This document shows positions 38,401 through 47,118 of a stretch of DNA of 64,000 nt, in pieces. Numbering within the stretch: position 1 is the first letter of the stretch; each line of letters starts with the position of its first letter. Made by a program: the position numbers and the translations under genes. Below the pieces are notes generated by a model. That model did no database searches. It saw nothing but the letters and a program-made list of their open reading frames with translations, and was not told the DNA's origin. The stretch comes from Planctomycetota bacterium (GTDB lineage Bacteria > Planctomycetota > B15-G4), in contig CBDFJQ010000002.1 of assembly GCA_965248575.1 (NCBI GenBank), positions 1,728,001-1,792,000 on the forward strand. The letters run 5' to 3'.

Positions 38401-38729
38401 CTGGGGAGAGTGCCTTCGTCACCCTGGAAGATTCGCTGGCACCCGACAGCGTCCGGCTGCACGTGCGGCGGGGCGCCACCCTCAAGGGTCAGGTGATCGA
38501 AGGCAGCAGTGAGGACCCGCTCGACGGCGTTCGGGTGGAGCTGCAGGACTCAGCCGGCAAACGTGTGCAGCGCACCGATTCGGACAACGGCGGCTACGTC
38601 TTCAGGGGCGTCGCCGCGGGCGACTATCAGTTGGTGATCCCCGGCGACGGCGACGACCGCGCACGGCGCCCGGTGCACGTCGGTTCCGACGCCCCCACCC
38701 TGACGATCCATCTTGTGACCTTGGACTGA
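35409..38729 (+). CDS. membrane-anchored protein with multiple carboxypeptidase regulatory-like (beta-sandwich) repeats
   Basis: N-terminal TM helix. Repeats of GRV.D..G.P..GA.V...TD..GRF...G...G.Y.L. GAGGAG RBS. Confidence 0.85.
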   Translation: MSSSLRWILLLVMALAVVGVALWLDGEPAAEIAGGSLTGPGSTDPGRGPEEADLPSTWDDAPQPVAAEPEALRVEHASSLAASTKAEQAPRLRVQVLGRLVSVEGRPVADATVSLMDGPVPHLQAAIMGGALGDIADEQDEGGEPRAKVTTLLGIGRDTTDKDGRFRIDAPLPKEDGNREEAIPFLDTSLLSGSRLYVQHPAFVAGEHPVPSLVAGEVDAGTLVLEAAGRITGRVLAADGTPLDGARLAVQEVKNRKAGLGELFSLISGSPEAALTSELSGTDGRFQMGGMTAGRYTLAVQGKGHPLLVSDELDVVAGLSIDVGDLRLARGSFLAGRVLDGEGQAVPDLKVNAAAQLSSDGLDAISGLSTRLLVGGMSSSDWTDEGGNFRIEGVPSGTHDLKLGGRDTGWSHLELDDVASGRRDVELVVHRLGHLLVTVQDTDGRPILGELSLKPKRSEDDHLLSVYTRDELAADLASTSNSKKIARLSSLPEIPQGAYLLRYAGREGTELRISGDGYATSVHELPAVLGPGVDTHLLRLQPESVLAGRVVDEQGAPIVGATVRAKVPGGGGNDFGSLLAEGFDASRSSSNTKITTVTTTSTGGDDPPTVTSQSSSPSSVSARSRKTTTDAEGRFRLAGLSAGTWELSASSRLSMGSEPQTLSLNASEQRTDLELVLPKGGSIVGVVVDSSSQPVEGVRIAVAVLRTGGLLAGLADLQGNVEREMAASLGAMGDDRVVSTDSDGHFEVHGLRPEHYSVTLKKQSTSAISLDLAGLLSGPPPEDERTRHVQVLANESTQVDFVRPSLGDLEVRVTAAGQAVAGADVSLSDLSNSFMGVNLSLDGRIERTNSDGVATFQELEPGGYGVQAMVPGALHLEESEVEMEGGRTQELHLTFGGITLRGSVVDDLDNSKTAGALVHLRRADPEQDAAPSALESLFGQSVNVNVKVGDQSNRSSDASGLFGFSEESVATDSNGEFEMKFLSPGRWEVWADGDNWVPGESAFVTLEDSLAPDSVRLHVRRGATLKGQVIEGSSEDPLDGVRVELQDSAGKRVQRTDSDNGGYVFRGVAAGDYQLVIPGDGDDRARRPVHVGSDAPTLTIHLVTLD

Positions 38730-38737
38730 ACCGGGGA

Positions 38738-39634
38738 CTAGGGACTGACGAGCGCGGCCAAGCGATCGGCCCAACGCTCCACCGCATCCGGTGCATCCTC
38801 CAGGTAGAGCGAGGGGTCGAGCAGCTCGACTTCCATCAGCTCGAAGCGGCCGTTGCGCTGGACCCCGTCCACCCGGGCATAGACCTGGGGGCCTGGGCAG
38901 GTGTGCAGGACCTGCGCCGCGAACTCCACCAGTTCGAGCGGTGGATCGATGCGCAGCTTGCTTCCGCCAAACTCCTCGTGCACTCGGAACTCACCCTGCC
39001 CCGGGTGCTTGATCACGGCGTGACTGAAGGCACCCGCAAAGAACAGCAGCGAGAGCTCGCCTTCCGTGGCGATCTCCGAGGCGAAGCACTGCACGAGCAT
39101 GTCGTGCCCGGCATGCACCGTAGCCCAGCGCTGCTCCTGTCCGGCTCGCTCAGGACCGGGGGCGTGCTGACGCACCCGGAACGTCTCCCAGCCGCCCAGG
39201 GAGATGACGGGCTTGACCACCGCCTCGTCCCACTCCAGCTCTTCGAGCAGCGCGTGTAGCGAGACCTCCCCGCCCTTGTCCACGACACGCGTGGGCAAGA
39301 CCGGAAAACCCGCGGCTTCCAACTCCAGGAGGTGGCGCTTGTCGAGGTTCCAGCGCAGCACGTGCGGCGGATTCCAGACGGGCACGTCGAGGCCTTCCAG
39401 GGCGTCGATCCAGCGCGCGAACTTCTCCGGAGCCAGATGGTAGTCCCAGCACGAACGCACCACGACGGCATCGCAGGCGGCCAGGGTCTCAAGCCCGTCT
39501 GTCCAGGGGATGGGGCAGGCCTGCACACCGCGCTGGGCGAGTGCGGGCAGCACCAACTGTTCATCCTCGTGCAGGTCGGGAAACTCCTCACAGGTCACGA
39601 GCGCCAGTTTAGGCATGGGCTTGGGCATGGGCAT
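38738..39634 (-). CDS. ATP-grasp protein (RimK/glutathione synthetase-like)
   Basis: VRSCWDY, WN.DK.HL, VVKP, GELSLLFF, YARVDG and LMEVELLDPSLY motifs. Confidence 0.85.
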   Translation of the reverse strand: MPMPKPMPKLALVTCEEFPDLHEDEQLVLPALAQRGVQACPIPWTDGLETLAACDAVVVRSCWDYHLAPEKFARWIDALEGLDVPVWNPPHVLRWNLDKRHLLELEAAGFPVLPTRVVDKGGEVSLHALLEELEWDEAVVKPVISLGGWETFRVRQHAPGPERAGQEQRWATVHAGHDMLVQCFASEIATEGELSLLFFAGAFSHAVIKHPGQGEFRVHEEFGGSKLRIDPPLELVEFAAQVLHTCPGPQVYARVDGVQRNGRFELMEVELLDPSLYLEDAPDAVERWADRLAALVSP

Positions 39635-39663
39635 GGGCGCACGATACCCAAAGCCCGCACGGC

Positions 39664-41229
39664 TCAGCGCTTGGGAAGTTGCACCAGCACGCTGAAGACG
39701 TCGCCGTCCAACGTGCCGCGGATACTGCCTCCCAAGGCCTCGATGATCTTGCGGCACAGCGCGAGACCCAAGCCTGCGTGACGCCCGGTCTCCCCACGCG
39801 AAGAGTCAGCGCGCCAGAAGGCCTCGAAGGCCCGTCGCGGCAGATCGGGGTGGGCCCCTTGCACCGGGTTGCTCACCTCGAGCGCCCAGTGTTCGCCGGC
39901 GTCCAGCAACTCGACACGCAAGGCCGAGCAACGGGGCGCATAGGCGACGGCATTCTCCACGAGGTTGTCCACCACGCGACCCAGCAGGGCGGCATCGGTG
40001 GTCAAGCTGGCCCCACTCGGCACGTCCACCTGCCAACGCTGCTCGCGCTCCGTGGCGAGCGCAGCATGGGTCTCCAACGCCCGCGCCAACAGCGAGCTCA
40101 TGGTCACGGTGTCCGGGGCGCGCGTGGAGGCGCGAGAGACCCGCGCCAAGGCGAGCAGGGTCTCCACCAGGGACTGCATCTCGAGCGCGATGGCCAAGGA
40201 TTGCTCGGCGGTGCGCTTCCAGGCGTCACTTTCCCGGGGACGCGAGAGGGCCAACTCCAGCGTCGAGCGCAAACCCGCGATGGGCGTGCGCAGCTCGTGG
40301 GCTGCATCCGAAGCGAAGGCCTGCTCCCGCTCGAAGGTCTCCGAGATGCGGCCCATGAGTCCATTCAGCTGGTCCACCACGGGAGCCAGTTCCTTGGGGG
40401 CATCGGGCAGGGAGAAGCTTGCCTGGAGGTCGTCACCCGCATGCCTTCCCATCTGCTCCCGCAGGCGTTGCAGCGGTCGCAAGCCGACATGGACGATCCA
40501 GGACACGAGCCCGGCGCAGCCCGCGCTCGAGACCAGCCAGCCCATCACCAGCAGCCAACGCAGTTCGCTCAGGGCCCCGGCGATGCCCGTGGTGCCGTGC
40601 CCCACCACCAACTCCACCACGCGCGGCGTGGGCTCCGGCTCGTAGGGAGGGGGCCCGTGGCGATCGAGCGGGTCCCTCGGTTCGTCGCCCGTTGCGCCGC
40701 TCGCTCGCCGAGCCAAGCGCCCCCGCAAGCCCTGCGCGCGTGGGCCGCGCTCGTCCGGCGGCGGGCGCTCGCGGCTCTGGTAGCGAAAGGCCATGAGCCG
40801 CACCGGCTCCTGCGACTCACCGAGCAAGCGTTCGTCTCGGTAGGGCTGCGCGGTGCTCAGGTCGCCCATTTCGAGCGCTTCAAGGTCTTGGGCCACTCGC
40901 GGCAGCTCATCCTCACCCAAGGAATCCGACCGGAAGATGGTCTCACCGTTCTCATCCCAGGCCTGCAGAAGAACGTCCTCTTGCTCTGGGAGCAACCAGC
41001 CCAGCAACGACTTCTTGCGCGGTGGGCGGCGCCTCCCCGGCGGGTCCTGTCGATCCCTCTCGCGCGCCACATCGGTCACGCTCGAGCGCAGCACGGCCTC
41101 GAGGCTCGTGTCGAGGGCCTCACTCAGTTGCGACTCCACCACGGCATGCACCGCCACACCTGTCAGCGCCAGGAACAACGTGATGCCGGCCAACAGACCC
41201 AGGACGAGACGCGTGCGCAGGGAGCTCAC
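39664..41229 (-). CDS. sensor histidine kinase (two TM helices, HAMP)
   Basis: DAAHELRTP, NLVENA, F..FWRAD.SR and GLGLAL motifs. Overlaps the response regulator stop. Confidence 0.93.
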   Translation of the reverse strand: MSSLRTRLVLGLLAGITLFLALTGVAVHAVVESQLSEALDTSLEAVLRSSVTDVARERDRQDPPGRRRPPRKKSLLGWLLPEQEDVLLQAWDENGETIFRSDSLGEDELPRVAQDLEALEMGDLSTAQPYRDERLLGESQEPVRLMAFRYQSRERPPPDERGPRAQGLRGRLARRASGATGDEPRDPLDRHGPPPYEPEPTPRVVELVVGHGTTGIAGALSELRWLLVMGWLVSSAGCAGLVSWIVHVGLRPLQRLREQMGRHAGDDLQASFSLPDAPKELAPVVDQLNGLMGRISETFEREQAFASDAAHELRTPIAGLRSTLELALSRPRESDAWKRTAEQSLAIALEMQSLVETLLALARVSRASTRAPDTVTMSSLLARALETHAALATEREQRWQVDVPSGASLTTDAALLGRVVDNLVENAVAYAPRCSALRVELLDAGEHWALEVSNPVQGAHPDLPRRAFEAFWRADSSRGETGRHAGLGLALCRKIIEALGGSIRGTLDGDVFSVLVQLPKR

Positions 41230-41903
41230 GCGTCGGGAGCCTTCAGCATGTAGCCTTCACCCCGTCGCGTGGTGATCAACTTCGGGTGCTCCGGGCGCTC
41301 AAGCTTCTTGCGCAGGTAACCCACATAGACGTCGACCACATTGCTGGTGGCATCGGAGTGTTCGTCGTAGAGGTGTTCCCAGATGGCGGTGCGCGACACC
41401 ACTTCACCCTCGCGCAACAACAGGTACTCCAGCAGCGCATACTCGCGGGCCGTCAGCAGCACCGCCTCGCCGGCGACGCTGACGCTGTGGCGCGTCGTGT
41501 CCACTTCCAGATGCCCGATGGTCTGCACGGGTGATGTCGCACCGTAGCGGCGCCGCAAGAGCGCGCGCACCCGGGCCAGCAACTCGTCCATGGCAAAGGG
41601 TTTGCTCAGGTAGTCGTCGGCACCCGCATCCAAGCCTCCAACCCGGTCCTCCACCGCATCCCGTGCCGTGAGCAGCAGGACCTGGCAGGGGCGCTCGGCT
41701 TCGCGCACGCGCTTCAGGATGTCGAGGCCGGACAATTCCGGCAGTTGGATGTCCAAAAGCAGCACGTCGTAGTCACAGGTGCTGGCCCGGTGCCACCCGT
41801 CCCGCCCGTCGGCCGACTCATCCACCGAGTGGCCCTCCTCGCGCAGAGCCTCCGACACGGCGAGTCGCAAAGGGGCGTAGTCTTCGACGACGAGCAGGCG
41901 CAA
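41226..41903 (-). CDS. OmpR-family response regulator
   Basis: LLVVED, LLDIQLP, GADDYLSKPF, SNVVDVYVGYLRKKL and TRRGEGY motifs. Confidence 0.95.
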   Translation of the reverse strand: MRLLVVEDYAPLRLAVSEALREEGHSVDESADGRDGWHRASTCDYDVLLLDIQLPELSGLDILKRVREAERPCQVLLLTARDAVEDRVGGLDAGADDYLSKPFAMDELLARVRALLRRRYGATSPVQTIGHLEVDTTRHSVSVAGEAVLLTAREYALLEYLLLREGEVVSRTAIWEHLYDEHSDATSNVVDVYVGYLRKKLERPEHPKLITTRRGEGYMLKAPDA

Positions 41904-42035
41904 GACGAGGGATCCGAACGAGGGTGGAACGCGAGACGCGCCGGAACGCAGGACGGCGGCCGTCAGTGTAGCGAAGCTCAGTGTTCATGAGAGGAGCATG
42001 AGTTCCTCAGCGCGCGGCCCTGGAAAAGACGCGGT

Positions 42036-42055
42036 TGCTCTCACGCTGCTCTCAC
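42036..42055 (+). promoter_or_regulatory. tandem direct repeat TGCTCTCAC x2 (11-bp period), probable OmpR-family operator
   Basis: Copies at 42036-42044 and 42047-42055, just upstream of the -10 element TAGAGT (42067-42072). Confidence 0.55.
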
Positions 42056-42079
42056 CGGGGGTCTCCTAGAGTTCGTGCC

Positions 42080-42880
42080 ATGACCCACGACCTCCTCCCC
42101 CCGGAGCTACCCATGTTCACCCGCACGTCCCATGCAGCATTGACGATTCCGAGCCTCTTCCCGGTCCGAACTCAGGTCCGAGCCCTGGCATTGGCTGTGT
42201 GCCTGCTGCCGGCGCTCTCGAACTCTGCAGTGGCTGGAGCGCCCGAAGAAACCCTGGGCGACACTCAAGCCGACAGCACCTCAACTGCTGCCTCCTCCAG
42301 CGCGACGAGTCAGGGATTCGACGTGGCTCTGGCCGCCCATGACCCGGACGCGAGCGACGAAGAGCGAGCCGCGAAGAAGGAGGCACGCAAGGCCCAGCGC
42401 GGCGAGCGCAAGGCTGAGCGCGAGACGCGCAAGGCGGAACGCAAGGAAGCCAAGGCCGAGCGCCAAGCCGAGCGCGAAGAGAAACGGGCCAAGAAGAAGA
42501 AGAAGAAGAAGTCCAAGGCCCGTGGCAAGCAAGGCAAGGCTGGCAAGAAGTCCCAACGCGAGCGCGGCTCAGACCGTGAGGGCGGCTCGGATCGAGGCCC
42601 CGGCGGAGGGCGCCGTGAAGCGGGTCGGACACGCGAGTCGCAGCGCTCCTTCGATCGTGACGGCGGCAGCCGCCCCTCACGCCGTAGCCAGGCCGGACCC
42701 AGCCGGGACGAAATGCCGCCCCGCTTTGACGGAGGCAACCGCCGCCCCATGCGCGAGTCGTTCGAGCGCGGCGGGCGCCGCAACCGTGACCGCGATCTCG
42801 GCCGCGACTCCGGCCGCGACATGGACTTCGGACGCAGGGAGCGTGAGGAGCGCCCCCGTGGAGGACGCCGCGGACGCTGA
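42080..42880 (+). CDS. exported low-complexity K/E/R/G-rich protein
   Basis: Signal-like segment (ALALAVCLLPAL..AVA), a charged coiled-coil with a poly-Lys run, then an R/G/D-rich tail. Start is at 42080 or 42113. Confidence 0.7.
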   Translation: MTHDLLPPELPMFTRTSHAALTIPSLFPVRTQVRALALAVCLLPALSNSAVAGAPEETLGDTQADSTSTAASSSATSQGFDVALAAHDPDASDEERAAKKEARKAQRGERKAERETRKAERKEAKAERQAEREEKRAKKKKKKKSKARGKQGKAGKKSQRERGSDREGGSDRGPGGGRREAGRTRESQRSFDRDGGSRPSRRSQAGPSRDEMPPRFDGGNRRPMRESFERGGRRNRDRDLGRDSGRDMDFGRREREERPRGGRRGR

Positions 42881-42943
42881 AGCCCTTGCGCCCCCCTCCC
42901 CGTCCCGCCCTCTCTCCCTTTCGTTGCAGCACCGCTTCATCCG

Positions 42944-44683
42944 TTGACCGTCTCCGACTCTCCCGTTCGACCCACCCGATCCCGGAGCATTCCCTTGGCA
43001 CCCTCCCGATTTGCAGTGGCTCTGTTGAGCTTGCAGCTCTTGGCCTTCTCTCCCCTCGCCACCACCCTCAACGCACAGGGTGGCCCGCCGCCTCCTCCGC
43101 CCCTGCAAGCGCTACAACCGCCGCTGGCTCCGCCCGGCAACCCCATGACCATGGAGAAGGCCCGACTGGGCCGGGTGTTGTTCTGGGATGAGCAGTTGTC
43201 GTCCACGCGCACTGTGGCCTGCGGCACCTGTCATGTCCCCGAAGCAGCTGGCTCGGACCTGCGCACGCTGCAGGGTGTCGCGGGCATCACCCACCCCGGC
43301 TCCGACGGCCTGTTCGGCAGCGATGACGACATCACGGCCTCGCCCGGCGTCCCGCGCACGGCGGCGAACGGTCGCTACCTCGGCTCGCCCAACTTCGGCC
43401 TCGGACCGCGGGTCACGCCGCGCAAGGCGCCCTCGATCATCAATGCGGCCTATGCCCCCGAACTCATGTGGGACGGCCGGGCCAGCGGCAGCTTCGTGGA
43501 TCCCGTCGACGGCAGCGTCGTGCTGCCCCTGGGCGCCGCGCTCGAAAGCCAGGCCTTGCTGCCCATCCTCAGCGACCGGGAGATGGCGCACGTGAACCGG
43601 GACTGGCCCGAGGTCGCGGCGCGTCTTGTGGCGTCCGACCCCCTCGCCCTCAGCCCCCAGGTGGGACAGACGCTTGAGGACTGGATCGACGGGCGCTCCT
43701 ACCCAGAGTTGTTCGAGGAAGTCTTCGGCGACCCCAGCATCACGCCGGTGCGCATCGCCCAGGCCATCGCCACCTACGAGCGGCGGCTGGTCTCAGACCA
43801 GACCCCTTGGGATGCAGCCCTGGCCGGTGTTCAACCTCTCTCGCCCCTGGAACAACAGGGGCGCCAGGTCTTCGTCTCCATGAACTGCAACAGCTGCCAT
43901 CGGGGCAACCGCCTCACGGACGACGCCTTCCACAACACGGGCGTGCGGCCCAACGGTGAGGACCCCGGTCGCTTCGTGGTGACGGGCCAACCCGGTGACC
44001 GCAACCGCTTCCGCACGCCGGGCCTGCGCAACGTCGAGCTGCGTGCGCCCTACTTCCACAACGGAAGCATGGCCACGCTCGAGGACGTGCTGGAGTTCTA
44101 CGACCGAGGCGGCGATTTCAACGCCCCCAACAAGGCACCGCAAGTGGTTCCCCTGGGCATGACGCCTCAGCAGAAGACAGCCTTGCTGGCCTTCTTGCGG
44201 CGGCCGCTCACGGACCTTCGGGTGCAAAATGTCACGGCCCCCTTCAACCGGCCGCGGCTCTTCACCGAGTCCATGAATGTGCCGACCCAGTACGGCATGG
44301 CCACAGCGGGCGGCATGGGCCTCGTGCCCCAAGCCATCGCCCTCGAACCCCTGCACTGGGATCAGTCCGAGACCACCCTGGCTGTGGAGGACGCGCGTCC
44401 CGGCGCCATGGCCTTCCTGCTGCTGGACATCGCCCCGGGTGCGGGGCTGCCGCTGTTCGGCATCTCGGCGAACCTGGCCTTCACGCAGCGACTGATCGTC
44501 TTGCCCGCAATGCCCACCGGTGTGATGGGCCCGGCCCAGGGCGCGACCTCCGTGACCCTGCCTTGGGTGCTCGCGACCGAGGCGATCGGCGCGACGATCT
44601 TCGCCCAGTGGGTCGTGGTGGACCCCGGTTCGCCGGCAGGGACCTTCTCCGCCACGCGCGGCATCCGCATGCGGGTGTTCTAG
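42944..44683 (+). CDS. diheme cytochrome c peroxidase, MauG-like, with extra C-terminal domain
   Basis: Signal peptide, CGTCH and CNSCH heme motifs, MWDGRA, FRTPGLRNV and PYFHNG. Confidence 0.9.
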   Translation: MTVSDSPVRPTRSRSIPLAPSRFAVALLSLQLLAFSPLATTLNAQGGPPPPPPLQALQPPLAPPGNPMTMEKARLGRVLFWDEQLSSTRTVACGTCHVPEAAGSDLRTLQGVAGITHPGSDGLFGSDDDITASPGVPRTAANGRYLGSPNFGLGPRVTPRKAPSIINAAYAPELMWDGRASGSFVDPVDGSVVLPLGAALESQALLPILSDREMAHVNRDWPEVAARLVASDPLALSPQVGQTLEDWIDGRSYPELFEEVFGDPSITPVRIAQAIATYERRLVSDQTPWDAALAGVQPLSPLEQQGRQVFVSMNCNSCHRGNRLTDDAFHNTGVRPNGEDPGRFVVTGQPGDRNRFRTPGLRNVELRAPYFHNGSMATLEDVLEFYDRGGDFNAPNKAPQVVPLGMTPQQKTALLAFLRRPLTDLRVQNVTAPFNRPRLFTESMNVPTQYGMATAGGMGLVPQAIALEPLHWDQSETTLAVEDARPGAMAFLLLDIAPGAGLPLFGISANLAFTQRLIVLPAMPTGVMGPAQGATSVTLPWVLATEAIGATIFAQWVVVDPGSPAGTFSATRGIRMRVF

Positions 44684-44688
44684 GCCCC

Positions 44689-45912
44689 CTACCCCGCGTA
44701 CATCGTCACCTCGGACCCAAAGGCGTCGCAGATGGCGCGGGTCGTCTGCAGGTCCGGGTGGCGCAGCATGACGTGGCCGTCGCTGAGCAGCGTCGCCTTC
44801 CAGTCCCGGCGGCGGGCGCCCACGGGCAGCATCTCCACGTGCACCACGTGCTCGCCGTAACGTTGCAGCCAACCGTCGAGACCGTGGATGGCCTGGATGT
44901 GGCCGTTGCCCCGGGCGCGCTTGAAGACCATGGCGGCGTTGTAGCGGCGGTTGACGGTCTGGCTGAAGCGGCCGTAGCAGACGGCCTCGGCCCAACCGGC
45001 GTAGCAGTCGATTTCCGCGGCGTAGTTGATGATGTCGCTTGTGCGTGCGCCCGGCGGCCGCGCGCCGATCTCGCCAAAGACCGTCTCGCCGTCCGGCTTG
45101 CGGAACCACTCCATGTGGGTGAAGCCCGCCTCGAAGCCCAAGGCGTCCAGCACCTCGAAGCCCATCTTCAATCCACCGGCGACGAAGGGGTCGTCGAGAT
45201 CCCGCAGCGCGATGGTCTGGCTGTCCATCCACTCCACGGTGCGCGCCACGAGCGGCCGCGGGCGGTACCAACACATGTTGTGGTGGAAGACGCGCCCGGC
45301 GCCGCAGATCGTGTCGAAGGTGAACTCGTCCCCGTCGATGAACTCCTCCACCGACACCTGGGGCACATGGGTCACGAGCCGGATCACCTGGTCCAGTTGC
45401 TCGGGGGAGTCCACGCGGTGCGTGTCGGCAGACCCCGCCCCATCGATAGGCTTCACGATGAGCGGGAAGCCCACCCGATCCGCCGCGGCCCAGATCTCTT
45501 CCTTGGTGCTGCAGCGGGCGTGGCGTGGCGTACGGATGCCGGCCCGGTCCAACACCTGCTTCATGATCTCTTTGTCCCGGAAGGGAATCGTCTGCTCCAC
45601 GGACATGCCAGGCACGCCCATGACCTCCCGCATGCGGGCCGCGAGCAGCATCAGCGGTTCCCAGAGCGACTCCACGAGGTCGATCTGCACGCCGTTGCGC
45701 CCCACCTCCTCGAGCACGCGCTGGATGACATCCCCCTCATCCATGATGGAGGGCACCTGCAGGTAGGCCGAGAGGGCCGCCTTGGTCTCCGGCTCGAGGG
45801 AATCCTTGGGGTGCTCGCCCACACCGAAGACATGCGCGCCGACCTCAGCGAGACCCCGCACGTAGCGGTTCATCTCGTCTGGGAAGCCGGGGGACAGGAA
45901 GAGGACGTTCAT
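44689..45912 (-). CDS. ATP-grasp domain protein (carboxylate-amine ligase-like)
   Basis: FRDKEIMK, GFPLIVKPIDGAGSADT, VEEFIDG, HMEWF and EIGARPPG motifs. Confidence 0.88.
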   Translation of the reverse strand: MNVLFLSPGFPDEMNRYVRGLAEVGAHVFGVGEHPKDSLEPETKAALSAYLQVPSIMDEGDVIQRVLEEVGRNGVQIDLVESLWEPLMLLAARMREVMGVPGMSVEQTIPFRDKEIMKQVLDRAGIRTPRHARCSTKEEIWAAADRVGFPLIVKPIDGAGSADTHRVDSPEQLDQVIRLVTHVPQVSVEEFIDGDEFTFDTICGAGRVFHHNMCWYRPRPLVARTVEWMDSQTIALRDLDDPFVAGGLKMGFEVLDALGFEAGFTHMEWFRKPDGETVFGEIGARPPGARTSDIINYAAEIDCYAGWAEAVCYGRFSQTVNRRYNAAMVFKRARGNGHIQAIHGLDGWLQRYGEHVVHVEMLPVGARRRDWKATLLSDGHVMLRHPDLQTTRAICDAFGSEVTMYAG

Positions 45913-46134
45913 GGGTTGTGGGTGATACCGGAGCCCCTGCCGAGATTCCAGCCGCGGGGCCGGGTGGCGGGCACATCAGGCAGCCAGGGGCCACTTTCGA
46001 CCCTGATCATCTGGACCCCTGTCTCCTTTCTGGGCTCCCGAGGACCGGGCCCTGCTCGGCAGCGAGACCGAGTTCGAGCTTGAGGTGCAGGACCTTCGTG
46101 TAGCCTGGACGATCGACCTGCTCCGGAGAAGCAA

Positions 46135-46947
46135 GTGAGACTTGGGATTGCCGCCGCCCTGCTCCTGTGCGCCACAAGTTCATCCCAGGCCGGCGTGACC
46201 GTGGAGGTCACCGCCACCGGGACCGTGACGTTCAAGGACTTCCTCAGCCCACCGCTGTCCTTCGTCCAGGTCGGCGAGACGGCGACCCTTACGTTCCGCA
46301 CCGACTCGGAGGCCTTCCTCGGCGACGGCCCGAGTTCGCAGCGTGCCTACGTCCTCGACGACACCTCATTCACGCTCGCCTTCGAAACGGAGTCCTTCGG
46401 TCTGGACCTCGGACACCAGATCCCCCATCTCGTCGTCCGCAACGACGACGCGCACGTCGACGGCTTCTTCCTGCGCGGCGCGGCCGGCAGCAGGGTGGGT
46501 CTGTTCCTCGATGCGATCGCTGTGTTCGGCAAGCCGCGCCTCGTGCTCGACCTGCAGACCGGTGTCTCGACGCTCGGGTCGACGAGTCTCCTGGACGCGC
46601 TCGGCACCTATGACGAGGGCGACTTCGGCAGCGCCTCCTTCCACCTGGCCGACTCTTTCTGGGTTCCCATGACCATCGCCTTCCGGGAGCTCACGATCAC
46701 TGCGGTGGGCAGCGACAGGACGGACGAAGGCGAGGCCCAGGGCGGCAGCCAGCCCGCTGATGACACGGCGCAAGCCCACGCGGCGGAGACGCCGACCCTT
46801 GCGAGCGAGGGGGATCTGTCCCCTGGCAGCGCGAACGCGCTGAGCATCAAGAAGGAGAAGCTCACCCAACCTGCAGGGTCTTCAGCCCCTAGCCCTCGCC
46901 CAAAAATGGTGACCCCAACGGGATTCGAACCCGTGTTGCCAGGATGA
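46135..46947 (+). CDS. exported hypothetical protein, C-terminus apparently truncated or decayed; stop lies within antisense tRNA-Glu
   Basis: GGAG RBS, a signal peptide and a beta-rich body. The last 41 nt overlap the tRNA. Confidence 0.6.
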   Translation: MRLGIAAALLLCATSSSQAGVTVEVTATGTVTFKDFLSPPLSFVQVGETATLTFRTDSEAFLGDGPSSQRAYVLDDTSFTLAFETESFGLDLGHQIPHLVVRNDDAHVDGFFLRGAAGSRVGLFLDAIAVFGKPRLVLDLQTGVSTLGSTSLLDALGTYDEGDFGSASFHLADSFWVPMTIAFRELTITAVGSDRTDEGEAQGGSQPADDTAQAHAAETPTLASEGDLSPGSANALSIKKEKLTQPAGSSAPSPRPKMVTPTGFEPVLPG

Positions 46948-46984
46948 AAACCTGGTGTCCTAGACCTGGCTAGACGATGGGGCC
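46907..46984 (-). tRNA. tRNA-Glu(TTC)
   Basis: GGCCCCA/TGGGGTC acceptor stem, CCAGG-TTTTCAT-CCTGG anticodon arm, GGTTCGAATCC and an encoded CCA. Confidence 0.97.
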
Positions 46985-47118
46985 AACCTGCCACACGCCG
47001 GAGGGGCGCTGCGACGAAGCGGGGGATCATAAGGAAAGAGCCGCTCTCGCTCACCCCCCCAATACCCAGTCTGTTTCCAGTCTGTTTCTGGGGCGCCGAA
47101 TCCCTGCCTGCGGGCCCC

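Noticed and set aside
42491..42511. (AAG)7 microsatellite as a phase-variation tract
   Set aside because: It is an in-frame trinucleotide repeat encoding poly-Lys within a low-complexity protein, so slippage would not switch the frame.
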